A DNA stretch of 64,000 nucleotides from an uncultured Candidatus Saccharibacteria bacterium (lineage in GTDB: Bacteria > Patescibacteriota > Saccharimonadia > Saccharimonadales > JAUPVS01). How positions within the stretch are numbered: the stretch's first letter is position 1; each line of letters opens with the position of its first letter. Both the position numbers and the translations under genes were made by a program. Location: positions 134,047 through 198,046 of the forward strand of contig CAYPFM010000002.1 in NCBI GenBank assembly GCA_964410185.1, in the 5' to 3' direction. The notes beneath the pieces were generated by a model. The model was not told where the DNA came from. It was given only the letters and a program-made list of their open reading frames with translations, and made no database searches. This document shows positions 35,259 to 44,013 of the stretch, piece by piece.

Positions 35259-36281
35259 CTAGAATGTTGCGGTTGCAATGTAAGTTAGTGCGGTTGAGTA
35301 TGCACCAGCCTTTTGGGTGGCGCTGATGTTAGCGATGTAGCTCGTTGTGTAGGTGTTCGAGTTCGTTGAGCTGGCTGCAGAGGCGACGGTGTCACCAGTG
35401 ACGAAACGGAACTGGTTGGTGGTGTTGTAGTTTGAGTTTACGGTACCTGAACCGGCTCCTGATACGGCCGCACCAACGCTCGGCGTGGTGTTAGCTAGTA
35501 GGTTAATGCCAAACTGACTGGTACCTTGAGAAGATGCGGTTTGTGAGGCCAGTGCTGGGATAGTGTTGGCACCTGAAGTCAAAGTTGTACCATTAACCGT
35601 AATGGCGTAGCCGGTGCCACCGTTGGTTGCAGCAGTCATGGTTGATGTGCCGCTACCTGTAGTACCAGTAGTCAGTGTTCCAAGACCAACGGTTGCGCTA
35701 GCCAGGGTGAAGGTCAGTGTTTCATCAACGCTTGCGGTGACGGTGATTTGACCAGCTGTCGAAGCGGCAACAACACCAGTGTCAATAGGGGTAGTCCAGG
35801 TTGCGTCAGAATAGGTTGTTAAGCGGAGGAAGAAGGTTGAGTTGCTGGCACTTGGGTTGGTGACGGTAGCAAAAGATACGGTCTGTGCACCGGTTGGTGC
35901 AGCAACGTTACCTGATTTTGCAATCTTCAATGCAGTTGCGTTCGTAGTAACCGTCCAACCTGAGGCATCACCGAGGTTGACTGGCTGCGATGGCACGGTT
36001 GCACTTGATCCAGAGAAACCACTGGCGCTACCAGCTTGCGTACAAGTACCAGAGGCGGTATCACAAGCTTGGGCCTGGAAGGACTTAATGACAGTGCTGG
36101 ATGGGACGGTAAAGTCGAAGGTATAGGTTGTAGAGGCCGAAGCGACCGACGAACCAATAGTTACTTTACGTCCAGTAATAGGTAGCGCCGATACAGTGCT
36201 GGTGTAAGCCATGAGACTGACTGTAAATAGCATCATGAACGCGGTTAGCGTGTAACTTAGTTTTTGTAGGTACTTCTTCAT
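35259..36281 (-). CDS. Secreted S/T/A-rich WxL-like surface protein
   Basis: Start MKKYLQKL at 36281 with a GGGAG SD; signal peptide; DASGWTVTT and C-terminal KAGAYSTALTYIATATF resemble the two WxL-type motifs. Confidence 0.5.
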   Translation of the reverse strand: MKKYLQKLSYTLTAFMMLFTVSLMAYTSTVSALPITGRKVTIGSSVASASTTYTFDFTVPSSTVIKSFQAQACDTASGTCTQAGSASGFSGSSATVPSQPVNLGDASGWTVTTNATALKIAKSGNVAAPTGAQTVSFATVTNPSASNSTFFLRLTTYSDATWTTPIDTGVVAASTAGQITVTASVDETLTFTLASATVGLGTLTTGTTGSGTSTMTAATNGGTGYAITVNGTTLTSGANTIPALASQTASSQGTSQFGINLLANTTPSVGAAVSGAGSGTVNSNYNTTNQFRFVTGDTVASAASSTNSNTYTTSYIANISATQKAGAYSTALTYIATATF

Positions 36282-36334
36282 ATTACTCCCAATTATCTGT
36301 TGTTTATACATAAGCATAGTGTAACATAAGTGGC

Positions 36335-36901
36335 ATGAGAGCAAATACTAAATTGGGACGAGTGGCTATATTATTGATAGTATTGACCGCAAACCTGTGG
36401 ATAAATTGCCTCTCCCCTTCGGTTGCCGTCGCCCAGCCTTTTGGCACCGGCAAGTATGGCGCGAATGTTCCCTACGGCTCGGCCACCAGTCTTACCATAA
36501 GTACCAGCGGAAATGTTGCAATTTCGATAACACCTACCGACTCAGGCACCTTGGGCACGGCTACGAATAACGTGACGATCACTTCAACCGACGTGGTTGG
36601 GTATCAGCTGTATATTAATTCGTTGTCTAGCACTAATATGTCGAACGGCGCCTATAATATTCCGGCCAGCGGCAATGTGGTGGCTGGATCGCTGGCGGTT
36701 GACACCTGGGGCTATAACACCGACGCCAGCAGCAACTTCGTTGGTATGACCACCAGCCAAGTATTAATCAAGAATGCCACCGGTCCGTTTAGCTCGGGCG
36801 ACGTCACAGCTGTTACCTATGGTGTCAAAGTAGATAACGCCAAGCCCGCCGGCAACTACTCTACTACTGTTGTTTACACTGCCGTGCCGCAGACTATGTA
36901 G
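36335..36901 (+). CDS. Secreted WxL-like surface protein (small paralog)
   Basis: 188 aa; signal peptide; LAVDTWGYNTD and C-terminal KPAGNYSTTVVYTAVPQTM parallel the motifs of CDS 35259..36281. Confidence 0.5.
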   Translation: MRANTKLGRVAILLIVLTANLWINCLSPSVAVAQPFGTGKYGANVPYGSATSLTISTSGNVAISITPTDSGTLGTATNNVTITSTDVVGYQLYINSLSSTNMSNGAYNIPASGNVVAGSLAVDTWGYNTDASSNFVGMTTSQVLIKNATGPFSSGDVTAVTYGVKVDNAKPAGNYSTTVVYTAVPQTM

Positions 36902-37793
36902 ACTTGCGGTTCTTGATTTTGTCCAGTGGTTTGCTGCGCCAGAAACGAATAATCAGCACGATCAAGCCAAGCAAAAAGACAACCACGACGCCCAGGAACC
37001 ACAGTGGTAGATAGATGATGTTGTGCGAGATGTGGTTGACACCCCCCTGTGGCGGCGAGTAATCGGCTGTGACCTTATAGACGCCCGGGCTACGCGGCAA
37101 AAACACCTCAGTGCTAAGCTGACGAACGGTTCCTGGCAAAACAAATCCCTGTAATTGAGTGACATACTTCCCCTCTCCGGGCAGCGGCCAGCGCTGTACA
37201 TAAAAGCCAACTCGTGACTGAAAGTGGGTATTGCCACCGTTATCGATGCGCACGTGAGCGATAAAGCTGGGCTTAGAAGTAAGGTGTGGCACGTCAAAGC
37301 TGAGCAGCTGACTGGTTTTGGTGACCTTGCCATTCACTTGCAGGTAGACCAATGAAGCGATCCGACGGATCTCGGTAATCCTCTGATTGCCAGCCGGTGG
37401 CGCTAAGCTGGTGATAAGCGCCAGGTACTTCCCGCCCGGAGCCGCATTAGTCGGAATGACAATGGTGTACTTGGCGACCTTGGTTTGCTTGGGCGCCAGA
37501 TCAATGACCGGTTCGGCGTATTGCACCCAGCTGGTGGCGTCATTACTGCCAAACGAATAGCGGTAGTCTTCCCCAGTAGTTTTAAACGTCTCGGTACTTA
37601 GTAGAACTTGCTGCGGGCTGTCAGTGTAATTGGTTAGCGTGAGGCTGCCGTCAGTGATGGTACCTGGGTTTTGGACGGGGTATGAACGGAGCGGCGTTAC
37701 CTGCAGGCCAGTCGGTGCTTTGGCCTGTGCCGTTAACGGCGCTACCAAAAGTAACGCTGTAACAATGCCGGTTGCCCACAACCCCCGCTTCAT
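36894..37793 (-). CDS. DUF916/DUF3324-like cell-surface protein (second copy)
   Basis: 299 aa; signal peptide ...LTAQA, LQVTPLRSYPVQNPGTITDGSLTLTNYT, and a C-terminal TM plus basic tail. Confidence 0.55.
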   Translation of the reverse strand: MKRGLWATGIVTALLLVAPLTAQAKAPTGLQVTPLRSYPVQNPGTITDGSLTLTNYTDSPQQVLLSTETFKTTGEDYRYSFGSNDATSWVQYAEPVIDLAPKQTKVAKYTIVIPTNAAPGGKYLALITSLAPPAGNQRITEIRRIASLVYLQVNGKVTKTSQLLSFDVPHLTSKPSFIAHVRIDNGGNTHFQSRVGFYVQRWPLPGEGKYVTQLQGFVLPGTVRQLSTEVFLPRSPGVYKVTADYSPPQGGVNHISHNIIYLPLWFLGVVVVFLLGLIVLIIRFWRSKPLDKIKNRKST

Positions 37794-37799
37794 GCTCGG

Positions 37800-38459
37800 C
37801 TAACCTCGCTTAATCAAGGTGACTGAAATGTCGGTAACAACGTTGATGTAATGCTGAATAGCAAAAGCACGCGCCTCTTCGCTGCGGTTTTGCCAGTTGG
37901 GGGTAATTGAGTAGCCGTAGCTAAAATCAAAGTCGCAACTTACTGGGTAGTGGTCAAGCTTGTTATCGATGCGCCACTGTTTGTTGACATACAGAAAACT
38001 AGCTTCGCTGATGGCACGTTGGTGGGTTGGATCCTGCCAAGCCCGCATACTGCTGTAGTAAGGACAGACGATGGTGGCAAAGCCCTTAATTGGAATGTTG
38101 GGGTTATTCGGATCAAACTCGGCTGGTTTGAGAATGCGGTAGATTTCGTCAAAGAACTGGAAGAATGGATCGTGACGGCTGTCACCATGTGGAATGTGTT
38201 CCACGAAGTTGCTGCATTCAATCTCATCTACTGAATTGTCTTTGAATTGCTTCCAAGGAAATTTCATCAAGTCCTGTACGTATGTGGTTGACTTGGTTTT
38301 AACAATGTCTACACCCTGGAATCCTTCCGGCACATTGTCGCCACCGCCAAGTGATAGCTTCAATATCGGAAGTTCCTTTGGGGTGCGCTTAACGGGCGCC
38401 CTTTTATCATTTAGTGCTTTAGTCTTTAAAGTCTTCTTGACTGGTTTTTTGGTTGGCAT
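37800..38459 (-). CDS. Class I SAM-dependent methyltransferase-like protein with Lys-rich N-terminus
   Basis: Start MPTKKPVKK at 38459 with an AGGGAG SD. LSLGGGDNVPEGFQGVDIV (motif I-like) and VDEIECSNFVEHIP (motif II/III-like). Confidence 0.55.
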   Translation of the reverse strand: MPTKKPVKKTLKTKALNDKRAPVKRTPKELPILKLSLGGGDNVPEGFQGVDIVKTKSTTYVQDLMKFPWKQFKDNSVDEIECSNFVEHIPHGDSRHDPFFQFFDEIYRILKPAEFDPNNPNIPIKGFATIVCPYYSSMRAWQDPTHQRAISEASFLYVNKQWRIDNKLDHYPVSCDFDFSYGYSITPNWQNRSEEARAFAIQHYINVVTDISVTLIKRG

Positions 38460-38482
38460 AATTTCTCCCTTAATCTTCCCGT

Positions 38483-39211
38483 TTACCACATTATCTGTGT
38501 AGCTGCATCATAGTGACCGACTTTAACCCGCGAATCACAGGCCACTTTGTAGCCCATATCGCGTGCCTTTTGGAAAAACCACAGATCTTGCGTCATCATT
38601 TGAGTGCCACCACCAGGAACGACTTCTTGCTTGGTTTTAAACCAGTGTCCGTAGTCAAAGCGCTTGTCTTTGAGCATTTCCATGCGGAAAAGCGTGAAAC
38701 CCATTCCCAGGCCGTTGCAGGGCGTAATGGTATCTGGCGGCGGGACCTGTGGGATGAAATTCATTGGCATGACTTCAGGGTTGCCATAGCACATTGGCTG
38801 CCCGGTCTCGCCTTTAGTCCAGTAGAGACCACCAACTGCGTCATAGTCATCAATTGACTCGTATAGTTTCATGAGGCCATCGGCTGGTGGAGCGTTGTCT
38901 TCTTCAAGGGTTAGGATGAACTTGAACTTACTCAGTTCGGGGTTTTCGAGGATCATTTTAATAACGCTATTATAGGCTTCGCCGACTTCCATGCCCTCCA
39001 TAAAGATGGGCCCAATAACTTTCTGATTCATTGGTTTAATCAGACCCTGCCAGTTCTGGACGATGCGTGCCGAAATCATACCCCGGGTTGGGCAGACAAT
39101 AATGGTTGACAAGTCGCGATAACTTTTGGCCTTTTCGAGACGGTCAACGTAGTCGCTGGCGTTATGGATACCAGTATCATTAGGTACTAAAATCTGTGGT
39201 TTTGTCATCAT
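38483..39211 (-). CDS. Putative GT-A fold glycosyltransferase
   Basis: 242 aa; STIIVCPTRG, FILTLEEDN (DxD-like acidic motif), GLGMGFTLFRMEMLK and TQDLWFFQKARDMGYKV. The assignment is by pattern only. Confidence 0.45.
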   Translation of the reverse strand: MMTKPQILVPNDTGIHNASDYVDRLEKAKSYRDLSTIIVCPTRGMISARIVQNWQGLIKPMNQKVIGPIFMEGMEVGEAYNSVIKMILENPELSKFKFILTLEEDNAPPADGLMKLYESIDDYDAVGGLYWTKGETGQPMCYGNPEVMPMNFIPQVPPPDTITPCNGLGMGFTLFRMEMLKDKRFDYGHWFKTKQEVVPGGGTQMMTQDLWFFQKARDMGYKVACDSRVKVGHYDAATQIMW

Positions 39212-39292
39212 CCCTCAATAAGTATTAACAGTTCAGAACCATTATAGCCGCAACAAGCATCAAACCCCAAGCATAAGGGGAAGAACGAGGAC

Positions 39293-41395
39293 CTAGAAGG
39301 TTCCCGAGTAGCGGTTATTAAGAATCATATGCGGCATAAAAATGGCTGTGGCGTTGTTGCGGTTAACAGCGTTTGAAGCGATAGTAGCCGGCATGCTTGA
39401 CCGGGTGGCAGTAAACATGGCGTTCCAGTAGTTACCGTGCGCTAACGAGGTGTTGGTTGCTACGGTCGTGCCAATACTGCCACTCCGTTGGAGTGAGTGC
39501 ATAAAGTTCTGGCCGATGTACGACATGGGTGGCCCATAGTTGGAAGAGTTGAAGATAACCCCCACAACGTAGTCGTTACCAGAGGAAAAATTAGGGGCAC
39601 TTGACCATTGGCTGGACACGAACGACAGCCAGCGCGGGCCATGATAGTTGGCGGTATTACTGGTAGCAGCCGTAAAACCCCAGGTTGTTGTTGCCGAGTT
39701 GATAAGAGTCAGCCGAGTACTTTCGTCGAGATAGATACCCAGGCTGACGGTAATGCTATGCGAGCTGCTAAGAGATGTTGCCGTCATGTTGGCTGTCATA
39801 TTAAGTAAGAAAGTATTGGCAGTTATGTCATGGCCAAATTCATTGTTTTCTTGATTGAACCGTTGCAGCATCAGTGTGCGATGGGCAGTTGCCAGCGAGG
39901 CCGAAGTACCGCGATCCATATTCTGATAGAAGTCGAGGACATTGCCACCACCACCAGCAGGTGCTGAAGCGGTAACCGTAGAGCCGGTCAGCCCCATGGT
40001 TATGTTGCCCGACCCGTTGGAGTTACCGGCCCAGAGAATTGGCATGGTGCTATCGGCGGTCGAGTTGGTGAATTGTGCGGAGTTGTATCCGTCAGCCGCA
40101 CCACCGCCTGCAGGAACGGAAATGACGACACTGCCGTTGCTGGCGCCAACCGAGGCAATGCCAGCCCCTGCAAACGACAATGACCGGGCATCAACGGTGG
40201 CTGATGTACTCTGGGTCGTATTACTGTTGGCATACAAGCCAACTGTCTGGTTGCTCTGCGCTGCCACCGATACGGAGATTGAGTTGGAAGCAATCGTGCC
40301 CGAAGCATTGGTGCCATTAAAGCCAGCCGTGGCTTGCACATAGTTGGTGCTGGCGTTAGAGCCGAGGTAGGAAGTGTTGACGCTGCCCGAGATATTCTGG
40401 CCGTTAAAACTCCAACTGACACCGTTGGCGTTTACAAAGCTGGCCGTTCCACTAGTGATGCTGTTGTTGCTACCAGAAAGAACCACGCCAGCTCCACCGG
40501 CGCCACCAGAAATCGTGACGGCGTTACCGTTCTGTGACAGCGTAATGTTGTTGCCACCGGCCAAAGACAACGTGCCGGAACTAATCTGAGCCATGACACC
40601 AGCAGTGTTACCGCTGAGTGTAACGTTGTGGAGGTTCTGGGTTTGGACGGTTTGGTTAGCGGCCGAAATAGTGATGGTTGAGGCGTTGTTGCCGACGGTG
40701 ACATTATTGCCACCAGAAATCGACACAGCGCCCTGGGTGCCGTTGACGGTCATGAGGTTCTGGGTTTGGACGGTTTGGTTAGCGGCCGAAACAGTGATGG
40801 TGTTCCCTCCAGCCCCGGTTGATTGGCTCAGGGTGACGTTGTTGCCACCAGCAAAAACTATCTGGTTACTGGCCGTGCCGCTGGTTCCAACGCTGTTGCC
40901 AATGTTGCTGACGCCGCCACGGAACATGTTCGGGCCGCTGATGCTAACAGTTTGCCAAGAGCCAAACAAGGCGTCGGTACCGGTGGCGTTAGACAGGGTA
41001 ATGTTGTTGCCGCCGGCAAGGTAGAGGCTTTTGTTGGCCAGAAAATTACCATCACCAGAGGTGTTGCCGCCCGACATGCCGGCACTTAAGGCGTATAGGC
41101 TAGGAGCATTTACCGAAATAGTATTGGAGCTTTGCGATACGTAGAGGTTGTTGAAGTAAAAACGAGCTTCGTTGGAGCTAATGGTGTTTAGGGTACCAAA
41201 GGTAAGGTTGCCGCTCACGCCGATAGTCGGCGCCATACCGGAAACGGTAATGGCGTTTCCGTTCTGGGATAGCGTAATATTGTTGCCGCCAGCCAGCGTT
41301 ACGGTACCAGTAGAGGCTAGCGCACCGGCACCAGCGGTGTTGCCGCCGATGGTCGCGTTAATTCGCCCTCCGTTTAGCCCAGGTGTGTATGCCAT
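39293..41395 (-). CDS. 700-aa G/N/S/T-rich repeat protein (beta-helix/fibre-like), no signal peptide
   Basis: Recurrent (L/F)AGGNN(I/V)TLSQ..GN.(I/V)T(V/I)S(G/A) and SAANQTVQTQNL units, plus a distinct ~230-aa C-terminal domain. I count about 33 N-x-S/T tripeptides by eye. Confidence 0.6.
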   Translation of the reverse strand: MAYTPGLNGGRINATIGGNTAGAGALASTGTVTLAGGNNITLSQNGNAITVSGMAPTIGVSGNLTFGTLNTISSNEARFYFNNLYVSQSSNTISVNAPSLYALSAGMSGGNTSGDGNFLANKSLYLAGGNNITLSNATGTDALFGSWQTVSISGPNMFRGGVSNIGNSVGTSGTASNQIVFAGGNNVTLSQSTGAGGNTITVSAANQTVQTQNLMTVNGTQGAVSISGGNNVTVGNNASTITISAANQTVQTQNLHNVTLSGNTAGVMAQISSGTLSLAGGNNITLSQNGNAVTISGGAGGAGVVLSGSNNSITSGTASFVNANGVSWSFNGQNISGSVNTSYLGSNASTNYVQATAGFNGTNASGTIASNSISVSVAAQSNQTVGLYANSNTTQSTSATVDARSLSFAGAGIASVGASNGSVVISVPAGGGAADGYNSAQFTNSTADSTMPILWAGNSNGSGNITMGLTGSTVTASAPAGGGGNVLDFYQNMDRGTSASLATAHRTLMLQRFNQENNEFGHDITANTFLLNMTANMTATSLSSSHSITVSLGIYLDESTRLTLINSATTTWGFTAATSNTANYHGPRWLSFVSSQWSSAPNFSSGNDYVVGVIFNSSNYGPPMSYIGQNFMHSLQRSGSIGTTVATNTSLAHGNYWNAMFTATRSSMPATIASNAVNRNNATAIFMPHMILNNRYSGTF

Positions 41396-41397
41396 AT

Positions 41398-42105
41398 CTA
41401 GATAATATACCAGTTACTGCCGTCGGAGACGACTGTTGCCGACGTGTATTGTAGATCTAAGGTGTGTGAGGTAGCACCGTCAATGGTATCGCCACCGGAA
41501 CGAGCGATGGTGACCGTGTTGCCGCTGGCGTCCTTGCGCTTGACGTAAAAACGATAGCCCGGCGAGCCAGAAGCTGCCGGCAGCGTGATGGTGACGTTGT
41601 TGCTGCTGGCGTCCGCAATGATAACCGTATCGGTGTTAGTGATGGTATAGCTGGTGCCAGTCTTGGTAGAGGTTGCGTAGATACCCTGCCCCCAGCTTGG
41701 TAGGCCGCTCGCGACAGTAAGAACTTGGCCAGTTCCACCTATCCCTAAACGCACAAAATAACCACTGGCATCGCGGTAGTAGATATCACCGGTGGCTCCA
41801 GAGGTGTCGTCAAAAGCCGCTAACACCTTGCGGGTGGTGCTGGTGGTTTGGGTGACGTAAAAACGATCAGTTAAGAATTCAATCGCGCCGGCTTCAGGCG
41901 CAGTCATGAGGCTACCAGAGGTCAGTTTAATTGGTGCCGTTCCGGCGGCAGTCGTACCGGCGCGAACGGTTATCTTTTGGTGACCTCCGTTAACGGCATT
42001 ATCGGTGCCATCATCGTAATGTTCCTTTTTGAGGTACTGATTAATGATGTCACCCCAGGCGCCATCATCGCTGTTTACAATCGGTAATCGTTGGGGGGTA
42101 GGCAT
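41398..42105 (-). CDS. Phage tail-fibre-like protein
   Basis: 235 aa; LPIVNSDDGAWGDIINQYL, GDIYYRDASGYFVRLGIGGTGQVLTVASGLPSWG, and C-terminal VTITLPAASGSPGYRFYVKRKDASGNTVTIARSGGDTIDG...SDGSNWYI. These patterns recur in caudoviral minor tail/fibre proteins. Confidence 0.5.
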   Translation of the reverse strand: MPTPQRLPIVNSDDGAWGDIINQYLKKEHYDDGTDNAVNGGHQKITVRAGTTAAGTAPIKLTSGSLMTAPEAGAIEFLTDRFYVTQTTSTTRKVLAAFDDTSGATGDIYYRDASGYFVRLGIGGTGQVLTVASGLPSWGQGIYATSTKTGTSYTITNTDTVIIADASSNNVTITLPAASGSPGYRFYVKRKDASGNTVTIARSGGDTIDGATSHTLDLQYTSATVVSDGSNWYII

Positions 42106-42111
42106 AGGCGC

Positions 42112-42330
42112 TTAGACCCCGAACTTTCCGCCACCCCAGCGGGTACCGGTGGCCTTATGCGATGACTGATTCTGTGACTGTAACAAGTGCTCCATAACCT
42201 TGGTGATACCGAACAACGCCAAGAACATTAAACCGACATGCTGTAAGAACTCCTTACGGCTTAGCGGCTTATTGAGGATGTGTTGCAGGGGGTTTTGTTT
42301 CGCCATACAGAGCTGCTCGTTCCAATTCAC
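42112..42330 (-). CDS. Small single-TM protein with Tat-signal-like SRKEFLQ motif (start uncertain: GTG 42330 or ATG 42306)
   Basis: LSRKEFLQHVGLMFLALFGITKV, then QSQNQSSHKATGTRWGGGKFGV. It is the first gene of the fibre-like operon. Confidence 0.4.
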   Translation of the reverse strand: MNWNEQLCMAKQNPLQHILNKPLSRKEFLQHVGLMFLALFGITKVMEHLLQSQNQSSHKATGTRWGGGKFGV

Positions 42331-42389
42331 AAATTACTGCTTATAGTTATAACAAATTTTACCGCTAAAGGCTATATTATTGAAAACTA

Positions 42390-42983
42390 CTATTTGCCGT
42401 AACGTTCAGAGGCAGTTTGCCAGTTGGCGATGTGCCACCAGGCGGCCACATAATCGGCTCGATTATAGGTATAATCGAGGTAGTAAGCATGCTCCCAGAC
42501 ATCGAGACCCAAAATCGGTTCGGGCTGGCCAAAATTGATCGGCGTGTCTTGGTTTGGCGTGGTCGTGATAGACAGGTCTGGCATCAGCCAAGCCCAACCA
42601 GCTCCAAAGATACCTAACGATGTCTTGGTAAACTCATCCATATAGGCTTGAAAGGAGCCGTATTTGGCCACAATGTCTTCGGCCAATTTGCCGGTTGGTT
42701 CGCCGCCATTATCGGGTGTCAAAAATTGCCAAAACAGCGAGTGGTTGTAGTGTCCGCCACCGAAGTTACGGAGAGCGTTGCGGACGTGCTCGGGAGCTGC
42801 GTCCAGGTTGCTTAATAATTCAACAATTGATTTGTCTTTTAGTTCCGGTGCCTGGTCAATGGTGGCATTGAGTTTATCAACGTAAATTTGGTGATGTTTG
42901 GTATGATGCATCTCCATGATGGCCTTGCTGACATACTTGCCGAGGGCATCGTATTCAAAATCGAGGGCTGGTAACGTAAACAT
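42390..42983 (-). CDS. sodA: Fe/Mn superoxide dismutase
   Basis: MFTLPALDFEYDAL...HHTKHHQIYV...DVWEHAYYLDY. ATG 42983 is preferred over the track start 43019 (TTG). Confidence 0.93.
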   Translation of the reverse strand: MFTLPALDFEYDALGKYVSKAIMEMHHTKHHQIYVDKLNATIDQAPELKDKSIVELLSNLDAAPEHVRNALRNFGGGHYNHSLFWQFLTPDNGGEPTGKLAEDIVAKYGSFQAYMDEFTKTSLGIFGAGWAWLMPDLSITTTPNQDTPINFGQPEPILGLDVWEHAYYLDYTYNRADYVAAWWHIANWQTASERYGK

Positions 42984-43015
42984 GAGCTTAGTGTAGTGCT
43001 TGGGTTCGGGCGGTG

Positions 43016-43147
43016 TCAAACCAGCTGATGCTTAAGCTTGCGCCAGCGGCGGGCTTGCAGTCGGGCGGCGCGCTGCTGCCACTCCGGTTGGACGTCTTCG
43101 TAATCATCCTTGAAGCTTTCATAGTTGCGAGGTGTAATTTTGACCAT
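43016..43147 (-). CDS. Possible 43-aa basic micro-protein
   Basis: ATG 43147 is preceded by GGGAGA: MVKITPRNYESFKDDYEDVQPEWQQRAARLQARRWRKLKHQLV. Confidence 0.3.
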   Translation of the reverse strand: MVKITPRNYESFKDDYEDVQPEWQQRAARLQARRWRKLKHQLV

Positions 43148-43242
43148 ATCGTTCTCCCATCTGCTATTTACATACCTAGCATAGTTGATAAACATAACCA
43201 GGACTGCGAGATATCCCACAGGCACTTTGTGATATTAATCAC

Positions 43243-43884
43243 TTAGATTAAACGAGCTTGCAGTTTGGCCAGATCTTTGATGAGAATGCCCTGTCGACTA
43301 GCACTTACCAAGTCTTCGGCGATGAGCTTGCGCATCTCGCGGTTGATGGTCTCACGACTGAGACCGGTATGGGTTGCGAGCTCACTTTCGTTCATCTTCA
43401 CAAAGCAGCCGTTTTTGGTGCGATTTTCGCCCAGTCGGTTGGCTTGCAGGATGAGCTCGTAGAGGACTCGTTGCTCGGCGGTGCTCCCCATCAGGCGGAC
43501 CATTCGGCCCAGAATGCCACTCGTGCCTTTGTAGACACGGCTCAGGAGGTCGTACATGACATCCGGATTCTCCTTAATAAAGGCGACCACCGCTTTGGGG
43601 GGCGCAGCCTGGTAGCTCAGGGGTGTTATGGATTCAAAGAAGTGCGGGTTGGGCGTCTTATTAATCGCCCATGACATCGGGAAAAAACTACCGGCTCGGA
43701 ACCGGTTAACGACAATTTCGTCACCCCGCGCAGAAACGCTGTATTCGCGAACTTCGCCTTCCAAAAGATGGTAGACGTGCTCCGGATCTTCGTTAGCCAG
43801 AATGAGCAACTGCCCCTTACGTGCCTGTTGCGTTGGGTAGCCACTGAAGAAGCGATTAATTTTGCCTGAAACAGTGCTTGTCAC
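43243..43884 (-). CDS. Crp/Fnr-family transcriptional regulator
   Basis: 213 aa; a cNMP-binding-like beta-barrel, then the HTH ESELATHTGLSRETINREMRKL. Confidence 0.85.
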   Translation of the reverse strand: MTSTVSGKINRFFSGYPTQQARKGQLLILANEDPEHVYHLLEGEVREYSVSARGDEIVVNRFRAGSFFPMSWAINKTPNPHFFESITPLSYQAAPPKAVVAFIKENPDVMYDLLSRVYKGTSGILGRMVRLMGSTAEQRVLYELILQANRLGENRTKNGCFVKMNESELATHTGLSRETINREMRKLIAEDLVSASRQGILIKDLAKLQARLI

Positions 43885-44013
43885 GTCTTGACTATACTGT
43901 TTTTTAGGGATGAATCAAAGCCAAGAACGTGGCTTTCACCAAGAACTACTTATGAAAGAAAGCATCGAAAAAGTCAATATACTTCACGCTGGCTTTGTCT
44001 TACAATAGCCGTA

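Noticed and set aside
37800-42330. Intact prophage.
   Set aside because: Only fibre-like genes are present. No integrase, terminase, portal, capsid, tail tube or tape-measure genes, and no lysis cassette, are recognisable in the flanking 10 kb. The flanks are sodA and surface-protein genes.
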